A stretch of DNA of 64,000 nucleotides from Octopus vulgaris (lineage: Eukaryota), in NCBI GenBank assembly GCA_951406725.2, contig OX597835.1, positions 23,498,001 to 23,562,000 on the forward strand, read 5' to 3'. This document shows positions 1 through 12,700 of the stretch, piece by piece. The position numbers were made by a program, and so were the translations under genes. The number at the start of each line of letters is the position of its first letter. Within the stretch, counting starts at the first letter, position 1. Under the pieces are notes generated by a model. The model did no database searches and had not been told where the DNA came from. It saw only the letters and a program-made list of their open reading frames with translations.

Positions 1-144
1 CACGAATGATATAAAGATTTTTATTATCATTATTAGAAAAGTAATTAAAAAGTTACCCGAAATTTATGAATATATTTGAATAATGAGATAATTTTTGAAA
101 AATTGATTAGTGCTTGTGTTGGTGAAGGTGGGGGAAAATTATTG

Positions 145-720
145 GCTAAAAAGAAAATGAAAGAATGAAAGGAAAATAGAGAATGAGAGAGAGAAGATCG
201 AAATAAAGAGAGCGGAAGGGAGAGCGAGAGAGAGAGAGACAAGGAATTAGTGTGAGATAGAGAAAGTAAGAGAAAACGCATAGTTGGAGAAAAAGTAAAA
301 CAGTAAAAGGAATGAAAGAGGAAGAAGTGAGAGCAATATGGAGGCAAAGAGGACGTGTGGACGTAAGAACGACGTAGAAAAGATAAGAAGAAATGAATGA
401 ATTAGTAAGGGAGAGGAGGAATCTGTGAGAGGGTGAAAAAAAGAAGGAAAAAAACAAGCGCTCGTGTGTTCATCATATCTATATGCTAGGCGCGTAACAA
501 GTGGCTGCAATTTTAGGAAGTTGAGAAACAGCTGTGAAAGATAGCCAATCAGAAGAGGCGTCTTTGGAAGAAGAAGAAAAAAGAAAGAAGAGGAGAAAGA
601 GAAGTAGAGTTAGACAGGGAGAAGAAAGTGAAAAAAAAGAGGGTTAAGAGAAAGAAAGAAGAAACAGAGAAGTAGAGAAAGATATGAAGAAGAAAGAGAA
701 GAAGGGAGGGGTTAAGGTCG
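145..720 (+). repeat. Purine-rich (GA/GAA) low-complexity tract upstream of KPNB1
   Basis: Strong G+A strand bias visible directly. Confidence 0.8.
543..552 (+). promoter_or_regulatory. CCAAT box (NF-Y consensus AGCCAATCAG) in the putative KPNB1 promoter
   Basis: Extended consensus match ~680 bp upstream of the ATG, beside a CpG-containing island within a GA-rich tract. Confidence 0.45.
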
Positions 721-1227
721 GTGATGTATGTGAGTGTTTGAGGAAGGATAACTCTTCTCTTACTCACTCTGTGTGTGTGTTTCAGTAAGTCAGCCACTCA
801 GTCCACTTATTGTTCAAAGCATCCCCACATGGGGGTCTGACCCGAGAGGTTTTTTTTTGGCACGAAATATCAATTTTTTTTTTAAAACACAACTTTTTTT
901 TCTTGGTCCTGTTATATAAGCCTCCTGTGACAACAATTACTGTGATTATTTGAAATAAGATTAAGCAGAAAGACAAGAAAGAAAAAAAAAAAGCGTACTA
1001 AACTGGGTATATTATAGTTGGACATTTAAAAAAAAAAAAAATTCTGTCTGTGTCTGTCTTTTTCTCCCTCTCTGTCCCTTAACATATTAATTTGTTCTTC
1101 CTCTGGTTTAGAACGAAACTATATCAAGAAGAATCTATACATATTATATATATAAATTATCTATATATATATAAAGAATCCGGCTAAGTAATTGAGAGGC
1201 GCATCATTCGAAAAAATCTTAACCGCC

Positions 1228-1267
1228 ATGAATCTGATTACAGTTCTCGAGAAGACCGTTTCCACTG
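1228..1267 (+). CDS. KPNB1: KPNB1 coding exon 1 (40 nt, [13 protein letters not shown])
   Basis: Kozak-like accgccATG; donor g|gtaaga. Confidence 0.93.
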
Positions 1268-1428
1268 GTAAGAATTAAAACAATTTTTAGTGATATTTAA
1301 AAAAAAGATATACACATACACAGATATCTCAGTATATCAAAATTGTGTGTGTATTTCAAATATATATTGTAACATCCATTTAAATACTTGTGATTATTTC
1401 AAAGGTTATTCCTTATTTTATTCGATAA

Positions 1429-1489
<61 letters not shown>

Positions 1490-1900
1490 CATATTTATAT
1501 TTATATAAATCTAAACATGTATTTGAATGTATATTTTAATATATACACATCGTTTTTGTTCGCTTCTGAATTAGTCTTTTGCGACGACGACACCACCATA
1601 CCTTGCCAACCGACAAGATACCGGCTACTTCAGTCAGGAAACATGGCTATTGACACACATACATGCATATACATACTTAGATACGTCTATACATACATAT
1701 TCGTAGAGATGGAGGAAATTACTATACACATCCATTTATAAATCTGGTTTATTTATCTGTAAATTTATTAATTTATTACGTATATAATTACAAATTGGTA
1801 CATTTTCCTGCTATCCATTTTCTTTTCACACCTCCATCTCTTCAAAGACTTAGAAAGCTATTAGCTGTACAATAATCAGTCTTTGTCGGCGAAATTGTAT

Positions 1901-1977
<77 letters not shown>

Positions 1978-2027
1978 GCCGACAACGTGTATTACTCATA
2001 GTAGTAGTAATATATTATGTAAGACTT

Positions 2028-2059
<32 letters not shown>

Positions 2060-2532
2060 TAATTAATTAATTTCAGATAATGCGTGAAGATTAATTAAAT
2101 ATCTTTATTTTTTTCAGAAACAAGTGAGCTTGAAACAGCGCAACAATTCCTGGAACAAGCCGCTCTACAAAATCTAGTAAGTATATAGCCATATATATAA
2201 CACACACATGTAAAATGTGTCTGTGTAAGCTTTGTAAATTGTAGCTTTTCAGATTTGGAGGGGAATGTGACAGGCTCGAATCACATATCCTTATAGTTGT
2301 TTTAGTCAGACTGCGGCCATGCTGGGGCACCGCCTTGGATTTTTTTTTATATATATTCGAACGGAATCGACCCCCCAGTACTAATTTTTTTTCAAACTTG
2401 GTGCTTATTCGATCGTTCTGTTGCGTTATATATGTGTATATATCTTGTGTGGATACGTTGTGAATCTGAGATTGACATGGAGATAAATGATTGCTATAGA
2501 TATAGATAAATCGATAGCTACATAGACACACA

Positions 2533-2567
<35 letters not shown>

Positions 2568-2861
2568 GTAATGCGTGTGTGATGCAGACATTGTAATAGA
2601 ACTTCTTAGCGATAAAGTTACTGATAGTAACAGAGAGGAGACTGCGGCCATGCTGGGGCACCGCCTTGGATTTTTTTTATATATATTCGAACGGAATCGA
2701 CCCCCAGTACTAATTTTTTTTCAAACTTGGTGCTTATTCGATCGTTCTGTTGCGTTATATATGTGTATATATCTTGTGTGGATACGTTGTGAATCTGAGA
2801 TTGACATGGAGATAAATGATTGCTATAGATATAGATAAATCGATAGCTACATAGACACACA

Positions 2862-2933
<72 letters not shown>

Positions 2934-3663
2934 ATGCGTGTGTGATGCAGACATTGTAATAGAACTTCTTAGCGATAAAGTTACTGATAGTAACAGAGAG
3001 GGGGAGGAGGAGGCTAGTGAGAAAGAGGGAAGGGGAGAAGAAACGTGAATTGAGCGGCAGTGAGAAAGTGACAAGTAGTGATGGTGTGAGTGGAGTGACA
3101 GACGAAGGTAGAAAAGTTTAGCGAGGGGCAGAGAGATAAAGATAGAAAGGGTAGAACGTTAAACGAGTCGGTCCTATCCAATATGGCTACTGAAGGCCGA
3201 TTGTTGAGGATTTAAAGGTCTAGGAAGAAACCCACTTATTAATAAGACTAATTTAAGCATTGAGGAAATAACTTCCATTTGATCCTTTCGTCCTTTTATT
3301 TTTTTATATCAAAAGGCTTTGTTTTTTTGGGGGTTTTTTTTTTCTTTTTGGCTAAATAAAAAACTAATCTTCTGTTATGTGAATGTTTGAAAAATTTTTA
3401 GTCGTTGGTTTGGTTGGTGTCTTTAATTATCGAGGTTTTCTCAGAACAGGGATGATTGTAGTTATTGTTGCATCATGTTTATATATATATACGTGTGTGT
3501 GTGTGTGCTTGGTTAATCGAATTACTAAAATGGTTGTATGTAAATGTTCCTACGATTCAGCCAGTCTAGCTTTTATTATTGGGGCAGTTTGATTTAAAGA
3601 TAGTTTCCCCCCCACTCGTGGTTTTATTTTATATTCCGGTAACGGCGTGTGTGTATGTATGTA

Positions 3664-3711
<48 letters not shown>

Positions 3712-6700
3712 TATATATGTATATATATATTGTGTTGGTATAGTGTAAAAATTCTCTCAGCACAAATGTGTTACATTTTAATCTCATAAAAATGTTCATT
3801 CTGTGCCGCCAAATTATCTTTTACATTGCTACCTTTGTATTTGCTATTTGTTAAAAGCTTACGACAGATCTTCTGAACTGCTTTACATATGTTTGGGATT
3901 TTTTTTTCTTTTTTGAAAACATTTAAATGCGAAAGGAAATCGATATTTTCAATAAGACTTTTTTTTTTTATGATGATTTTAATGGAATTTGAATGTGATC
4001 AGTAATTATCCGCAGCAGAACGGTTTTCGGCTAAGAAGCAAAAATTGATGGATGCATTTTACGTATGATCTGTGTCGTATATTTATGAGCCAACATTTAT
4101 AGATATATATATATATAAGATATACACTCGTACACACACACACACACTATATATATATATATATATGTGTGTGCTGTCACACGTGTGTGTATAACTTTTC
4201 ATGTTAAATTCCCAAACGCCATGTCAGAACTCGGTCCAAGAGATATAATTGTGTGTGTGTATATACTAAGAATTGTGAAATGGCGTTTGAAATTTGACAT
4301 GAAAAGTTAGACATGCTCGTGTGTGTGTGTTTCACTAGACATACCGATTAATAATTCTAGCGATAGTCTACTACAGGGATACAGGTTGAGGTTTTTCTGC
4401 TCTTTATTGAAAGACATTTTACTATATTGGCTGACTTACACGTGTGTGGGTGTGTTGTGCGAATATCAGACCATCGTGGAAATGGTATCCCTGTCGATTT
4501 AAAAAGGATTGTATTAAGAGGAATGATGTTCGTTACTTAGCCTGAGGCCAACCCTAATTAGACATTCTCCGCCTAGCTACGATGTATGTTCTTCCCATTT
4601 TTTTTAAGACGGGGCGATTAAATTTGGTTGCTATTTCTCGCAAAAGCGGTTACAGTGAGAGGCTATCTCGTATAGAGGAGTGGTTAGTATTAAAGTTAGT
4701 ACACGGGCAAGAGTTCTATAACATGAACCGTGTTCAGCGTAATTGGTGGTGATCGTGATAGTTTATTAATCGAAATACCATCTCTACTGCTTTTAAAAAT
4801 CCTGACTAATCTGTTGCCGCCTGTTGGTGTTGGTCGTGGTAGTAGCTAGCTAATTAACCGTCTGTTTTTTTTCCCCCCTTTTGTCTTTATTTCGTGAAAT
4901 ATTTCGGCAGATATCACATCCTCTACAGTCTAGTTCAGGTTCTGTTGTTGATTAACGTGTACGTACGTACGTGTGTGTGTGGTCGTTACGCAGTTGTTAA
5001 AACTGAAATCTCATTCAAATCGACCGTTGAGCTATGTCGTCGGTAGTTGTAAGGTTTTATATTATTGGTGTTGGTTGTATATCATCAGTTGTGGCGGTGG
5101 TGATGATAGTGACGTTCTGATGACTATAGTAATAGTGGTAAAAGTCGTGGTGGATACACACACACGCACCGTTGAGTGCTGTTGTCGGTGGTGGTCGACA
5201 CTAGCTGCTTTCCCACTTCCTCCCGCCATTCTGCATGCAATTAGCGAAACGTTTCGACGACTTCGGGTATATTTTAGTCTGGACTCGGAACAACTCGGCT
5301 GACACCCGTTTCATACGAAAACGGATTTCGTGTTCAATTATTAACCCTTTCCCTCCTACAAATGTGTCTAAAACAAAGAGACCCTTCCTTCAACCACTTG
5401 CTATCCACTTCTCTTCGACTCTAGTTGCCATGTTCTGTCAATTGTGTTGTTGCAATTAAAAATTATTGTAAAACGTTGATGTAAATGATACACACACACA
5501 CGTATGTGTGTGTGTGTGTGTATGTATATTGTACTTTGTGCTGCTAGTACAATGGTTTAGTTTTGTAATTGTCTATAATGTGTGTCACATTTGTGACTAC
5601 TGCGTGCACTGACATTTTAAAATGAATATTAATCGAGGAGGTTAGATACACGCCGGACCGATGGTTGGTCAACGACTCCCGAGTTCATATCACACTGCAG
5701 GCGTTTCTGATGTCTCGTGTGGAACTTGAAATGCCGTCTGTGTATAATTTTGGCCAGCATGTTACACATCTGATAGAGTAGACATCCTGGTTAGAAATGT
5801 TAAAACGGTAGAATGGAATGGACTTGTTCTACATCGGCAAATAGTAATTGCAAAGAACCATTGGATACTAACCTATCCCAAATCACCCTCGGTAATTATT
5901 TTTTTTGAGGAAAAAAGGCAATTGATGACAAACAAAAATATGGTATTTAAAGGATTGTGAAACGGTTGCTGTATTGTGGGTTAATAAAAAGACTATCTTA
6001 AAATATTGTGGGGCAAGTTTGAAGAAGATTATTACTATAATATAATTTACAATTCTGAAGTCACAACCTGATATTAGTTATGTAGCCAGACCAGACCCTA
6101 GTGTGTTGGAGTTATAATTGATTATGCCCTGTTGTCGTTGTTGCTGTTAACTAGGTAGTTGGTTGGATTGATGTAAGCTAATTGCAGTGTTGTGGAGAGA
6201 TTTCGCCTCTGAACTAACAAGCCGAATACATTTTGCTGATTCTTTGGTGTTGGTGCAAGTGATATAAGTTGCACAGACACGAGTAGAAGTTTTTGGCTGC
6301 TGACCATTAAGTGCAGTGGGTGATCACAACTACTAAGTAGCATTATTAATGCTAACTCGGAATGTCTTGCTAACTGAACACGCATAGTATTCCCTACACC
6401 CCTGTCACACACACACAGCTAACTTTATAAACTAAAACTTATGAATCACAGTATAGGTGTTACTTTAAGTGTTTCAGGCAGACTACAGCCATGCTGGGGC
6501 ACTGCTTCGAAGGGTTTTTAGTCAAATAAATCGACCCCCCCATTTTTTTTTTTAAGGACTGGTACATATTCTATCAGGCTCCATTTGCTGAACTGCTAAC
6601 TTACAGGGATGTAAACAAACAGTTGCCAAGTGGTGAGGGAACACACACACACACACATATTTGGGGTTTTCCAGTTTTTCCCCACCAAATCCATTCAAGG

Positions 6701-9700
6701 CTTTCGTTGGCTCAGGGTCCAAAACCCTGGCAAAGAGACTGGAGCTAAATCCATGTGGTTGGGAAATGAACTTTTTATCTCACAGCCATGATGGCACTTG
6801 TGTTGATGTTTGTATTTCTTTTGGTTTGCACCATGTTTTCTTCCAGTGAGGTGTAAGTCCACAATGGGAGTTAGTTAGAACTGTTATATCATAGCTTGCC
6901 AATGTTATTCAAGCAGCACCTCAAAAACAATTCATCTGAAGCGGAAGCTGGCTTCAGTTCATGTCTATAACCACATTCTTAATTGATGCAGGCGTGGCTG
7001 GGTAGTTAGGAAGTTTGCCTCCCAAGCACATGGTCTCAGATTCAGTTCACTGCAATGACATCTTGGAAAATTATCTTCTATAGCTGTCAGGGCCTACCAG
7101 TGCTTTGTGAGTGGATTTGGTAGGTAGAAACTGAAAGAAGCACACTGTATCATATACATAGAGCATTTGTGCCTCCTTGTCTTGAAAGCATGATAGTTGT
7201 AAATGAGTGTAACTATCATACAAGCAGTCATTCATTTCTGATATTCTGTGAAAACATGCTTAGTTATCACTTAACATCTGTTTTCCATGCTGGCATGAGT
7301 TGGACGGTTTGACAGGAACTAGGATCAAGGACCACACTCGGCTTCATTGTCTGTTCTGACATGGTTTCTCTATGGCTGGATACCCTTCCTAACACCAGCC
7401 ACTCCACAGTGTGTACTGGGTTCTTTTTTTTTTAATGTAGATCAATTCTGATGTAGTGGACAGGTCTTTTTGAGTACAGCAATGCATCAGATTATCTTGG
7501 TCCTTAGTCATCTCTTTTGTAAGGCTGTGTTATGAAGAAATATTATGTTTGCTTAGAAACAGGTGGGGATTGGCAACAGAAAGGACATCTGGCCATAGAA
7601 ATCTGCATCCATGAACTGACTCATGCAAGCACGGAAAAGTAGACGTTAACATTATGAATGAAAACAAGCATGTTTTATTTATATCTTTTTTTCTGCATGT
7701 ATATAATAAAATAGGGAACAGACTCAGCACTTGTTTAGGATAGTTTGTAATATTAGTCCAACCATAAAATATGATTCCTGTTGGTCATCTTTGTGACTTC
7801 TGAATTCCTTCAGAAATTTTGTAGCTCCTACCTGATATTCTGTTTTCATTAAGTTTCTGTAAGGACCAGCCTGATTTAGAAGTGTTGATAGTACGAGTAG
7901 TGTTCCAGATTAAATATCAAGTGTAGTAGTTAGTGAAATTGATGTCGACCTTTTAGAAGCATTGCTGTAATGATCATCCTCATTTAACATGTATCTTTCA
8001 TGCTGGCCTGGGTTGGATGGTTCAAGAGGAACCAACAAGCCAGAGGCTGTACTGAACTTCAGTGACCGTTTTGAATGGTTTCTATAGCTTGTTAAAAATA
8101 TATAAGCAACAGAGGCAATATTAATAGCAACAGGTCATATTCATTCCCATTAGTGCATTTTGCACCAAAAAGCCAATATGAGAGTTTATCTCTGTTAACT
8201 ACTGCAGTATAGTTTATTTTAACAGAACCTCCATATTTAAGCAAGGTTTCTATAACTGGTAACTCTTCCTACACCATTTAAGTGTACAGGGTGCTTTTAC
8301 CGTGGCACCAGCATGTGCGGTTACCAAGGTCTTGAATGTGGTAGTGAGAACAGGAACAAGTGTCTTGCTTAAGAGGGAGCTACATGGCTTACCCAGCTAG
8401 AGAGGGGGGGGATGATGAAAGTGTAGCCTCAGTGGACAAGGTGAATATAAGAGAGTGAGTGAGTGAATAGGGATCAAGGAATAGAAAGGATGGAGAGGGT
8501 AGATAAGTTTGCAGGAGTTAGAAAAAGAATGTGACTGATTAGAGATGGGGATTAAATTGTATGCAGTGAATATCATCACTTGGGGTATGGAGAACTGAAG
8601 GAAATAGCAAGTGGGTTGGTTAAAGTTACCTTCTCATCATGCTGACTCAAGGGTTAGTTTCTCAGTTTCCATGGTGTATAAATTCCCCACCTGGATGGGA
8701 CGCCAGTCCCTTGCAGGGTTAACTCATTTTTGCCTGCTGAGTGGACTGGAGCAACGTGAAGTGTTTTGCTCTAGAACACACGTCCAGAAGTTGAAACCAC
8801 AACCCTATGATCAGGAGCCCAACACCCTAACCACTAAGCTATGTTCCTCCAAGTGGATTGGGGGTACAGTGTGAAGTGGAGGGGGATGGTTTTTATTTAC
8901 TGCACCTGAGTGAGTTGTACCACCGTTACATCACATTATGAAATGGAGGCCCTATAGATGAAGCTGATATTGGCCCATCACCTTCATTTTTAACTCTTAG
9001 TATTCAGATTACTCTCAAATGTAACGCTTATGTTGTTTTGAATGAATCATATATTACCTCTTCGAAATTTCAGTGATGTGATTGTTTTTAGAATGACATT
9101 GTAGGGTAGGTGTGAGAGGCCGGATCTGGCTGGTTTGAACATAAAACAGGTTGAATATTGTGGATGGTTTAACCCTTTAGTGTTCAGATTATTTTATCAA
9201 ACATAATGCTTATTGATTCCCATTGATTTGAATTAATCATGCATTATCTCCTATTTTCAAGATCTTGATGGTGTAATTACTTAATGTAGAATAACATTGT
9301 AGGGTAGGTGTGAGGGCCTGGATCTGGTCAGTTTGAACATAAAACAGATTAGCTATTTTGGCCGGTTTAAATACTAAAGGGTTAATAAAGACTGCTTTTT
9401 TTACTGCCAGTTTGAATTCAAATAACAACCATTTAGGGGTGAAATGTCATTGTTTTTGTAATGAACCATTTCCCCAATCTCAGAATGGGGGTTTTCTACA
9501 ATTATTATTGTCAAGTAATTTCTCGGCTGAACATAACTTGCATACAACAGAAGCATTATCAGTGATTGAAGAGAAACTAGCAAATGTCAGACTTTTCCTG
9601 TTGATCTGCTGTCAACTTCTAACGTAGACTTGTTTGCACAGTTCTTTCTACTGCACGGTTATATTTTGGACTGTAAGTCAAGCTATGAATTTTCTTGCAA

Positions 9701-12700
9701 CCAAATTGATTTAACCAGTCCTTTGGTTGGTTGGATTCTGGTTTATTGCCTTGCACTGCCATTGGAATGTCAAATCTATCTAGAAAACATTAAAAAAGAA
9801 AAGGCTTCAGTGCATGTAATGGCTGAGTCAACTATAATCAACACATTCTCAGTATTTATGTATCCCCAGTCTATATGTAATCTTTACCAGAGCTGTTTAT
9901 TGAGAGCACTTATCAAGTACAAGGGGTGCATTTAGCCCTTAACCCTTTCGCTACTGTCTTTATTTTGAGATGCTCTGATTTTCTTTCAATTACTTTAAAT
10001 ATAACAAAGAATTTAGTAAAATAACTTAGTTATCATTCAGCTAGTGTTAGGAACATAAATTGACTAAGGTTTGGTGGAAGATTTTAATTCAAAACTTATG
10101 AAAACAAAGCGAAACATTTGTACTCAGAGCCAGAGCTGGTTTCAGCCGGGTTGGTAATGAAAGGGTTAAACTGTAAAATAAGGTTCCATTGTTATTCTGG
10201 CAGTGATGGTAAATATCTACCAAAAAAATTCACAATACCTTAACTAGGGTCCATCATTGTCGTTTAATGTCTGCTTTCCATGTTGGCATGGGTTGGACAG
10301 TTTGAGGACCAGCAAGCCAGAAGGCAGTATGTTTTTTTGTTTATATGTGTAAGAAATTGGTTATATACTTCATGTGGCTGTGCAGTAAGAAGCTTGCTTC
10401 TCAACTGCATAATTCGGGTTCAGTCCCACTGCATAGCACAGCCTTGGGCTGCCCGAAGCCTTGAGTGAATTTGGTAGATGGAAACTGAAAGAAGCCTGTT
10501 ATATATGTATATATTGTGTCCACCATTGCTTAACAACCAATGTTGTGATAGTGTCCGTAAGTTAGCAGTCTGGCAATAGAATAAGTACTAGGCTTACAAA
10601 GAATAAGTCCTGGGGTTGATTTCTTGAACTTTAAACCTCTTTAAGGCGGTGCTCCAGTATGGCCAAGTCAAATGATTGAACCGGTAAAAGAATAATACAC
10701 CAAATATTTTAATAAGTTTTTAAATACACTTTCTAATGTTTAATTCTAAAAATATAGAATTGTGTAAACATTGAATGGCTTTGAAGGTCCACCTGAATAC
10801 AATAGGGCTTAAAGGAGTCCATAGGTGAAAAAGGGTTGAGAAACACTGGTCTAAACCACTCCTTTCTGATGCTGTTTTTTTAGTGCAAAGGTACGTTTTG
10901 CTCAAAATGATCTTTTTTAACCTGACATACATTAGGAAGGGCATCCAGCTGTACAAACCATGCCAAATCAGTCTGGAGTTCCCTGCAGCCCCCACTTCCC
11001 CTAGCTTGCTAGCTCTGGTCACACCTTCCAACCCATGCCAGCTTGGACAATGGATGTTAAATGATGATATCCAGTCCAAATATTCCACCTGTATTATATT
11101 CAAACTGGACAGATCTAGCCCCTCACTTCTACTCTACAATGTTATAAAAATAATTACATTAAATTTTCAAAGCTACAAGATTATGCCTGACTAATTCAAA
11201 ACAAGGTATGTGAATAAATAAGCCATTTGTTCCCAACCTGGAGTCCACAGACCCCTGGTGATCCACTAAGGTAGTACTGGAGGTCTGTGAACTAAATTTA
11301 AAATTTCATATATATACATAAGGATAAGCATATTAGGAGGAGTTTGTGGGGGAAAACTTGTTTAAATGAAAGTGTTGGGAACCACTGAAATAGGCATTTC
11401 TTTAGACAGTAATCTGAATGCTAAAGGGTTAATGTTTCAAATGATTGATAATAAACAAATACTAATTAATTCCATTCTGACATAGGTGTGTCAATGTAAT
11501 GAATACTATCAAACATGATATGATAATTTTGTGTATTTAAGCACACCAAAATGATTGCTGATTTTTATCTGGCATGTGAGTAATTTTGAAATCATAGTGA
11601 TAATGACAGCTTTCCTGGAAACAAATCCTTTGAAAAATGAGTTATAGCTGATAGGTATGGCTCTGTGGCTTAGAAGTTTGCTTTGCTGCCTTGTGCTTTT
11701 GCATTCAGTCCTACTGCACAGCAAGCACTTAGGACAAGCGTTTTGTAGTGCTAAGCCAACCAAAGCCTTATGAGTGGATTTAGTGGACAACATTGGCAAG
11801 AAATTAAAAAATTTCTCTCTGCCTGTCTTAATATCGTACTAATTATAAACAGACTTGCTCAAGTGATATTGCTTGTTTGCAATCTTCTGTGGAAACATGT
11901 CCAGCTATTGTGCCCTTTGTGCTTGAAAGACTGGTTGTTGGGGTGGATATTACCTTGCTTAGGAACATGAATAGCAACAGGAAAAGAATCTGGCTGTAGA
12001 AAAATCTACCTCAATAAATTTCATCTGACTTTTAAGCATGGAAAAGTGGATGTTAAAATGATCCGTCTCCAGCATGAAAGATTTCCCAGCTGTAAAATGT
12101 CTTTCAACACGTATCACTGCATCAGTTTTGATATTGGATCTTGCTCCAATTGCTCAGAATCAAAGTATGACTAACATTCTGGCAGTTTTTCATTTTGAAA
12201 CATTCTTGCCAGTGCAAATTCAGAAGTTTTACATTAGACAGAATCTTCTCAAAACAGGTTCTTCTGTCTTATAGGCTTGTTCTCAATGTTTTCCTCATTC
12301 CCTTTTTGCTGTTAGAAGAAGCTGAACTTTGTCTGCAAATTTCAGTGTTACTCTTTAGCATTCAGATTACTCTGTCAAATGTTATACTTATTTATTCATT
12401 GTTTTGAATTAATCATGCATTATCTTGTAGCTCCATGATATCAGTGGTGTTAACTTTTAGAATGACACAGTTGTGTAGGTGTGAGGGGCAAATCTGGCAG
12501 CTTTGAATGTAAAACAATGTTTAAGCCAGATATAACCATTTGAAATGCTAAAAGGGAAAACTATCAATAGTTTAATAACATCATATATTTGGAACACATC
12601 TGTTGAATTTTGTCATAGTGTCTATGGAAAATGCATAATTAATGCATTGGGATTAATTAGCTCTTTTCAGATTGGCAATGACATCATCTCGACTCTTTTA

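Noticed and set aside
45-797. F/L/S-rich ORFs that look like membrane proteins
   Set aside because: Translations of the complement of the GA-rich low-complexity tract.
2091-3074. Repeated ORFs with YIYIYI runs
   Set aside because: Products of (TA)n microsatellites and the tandem duplication.
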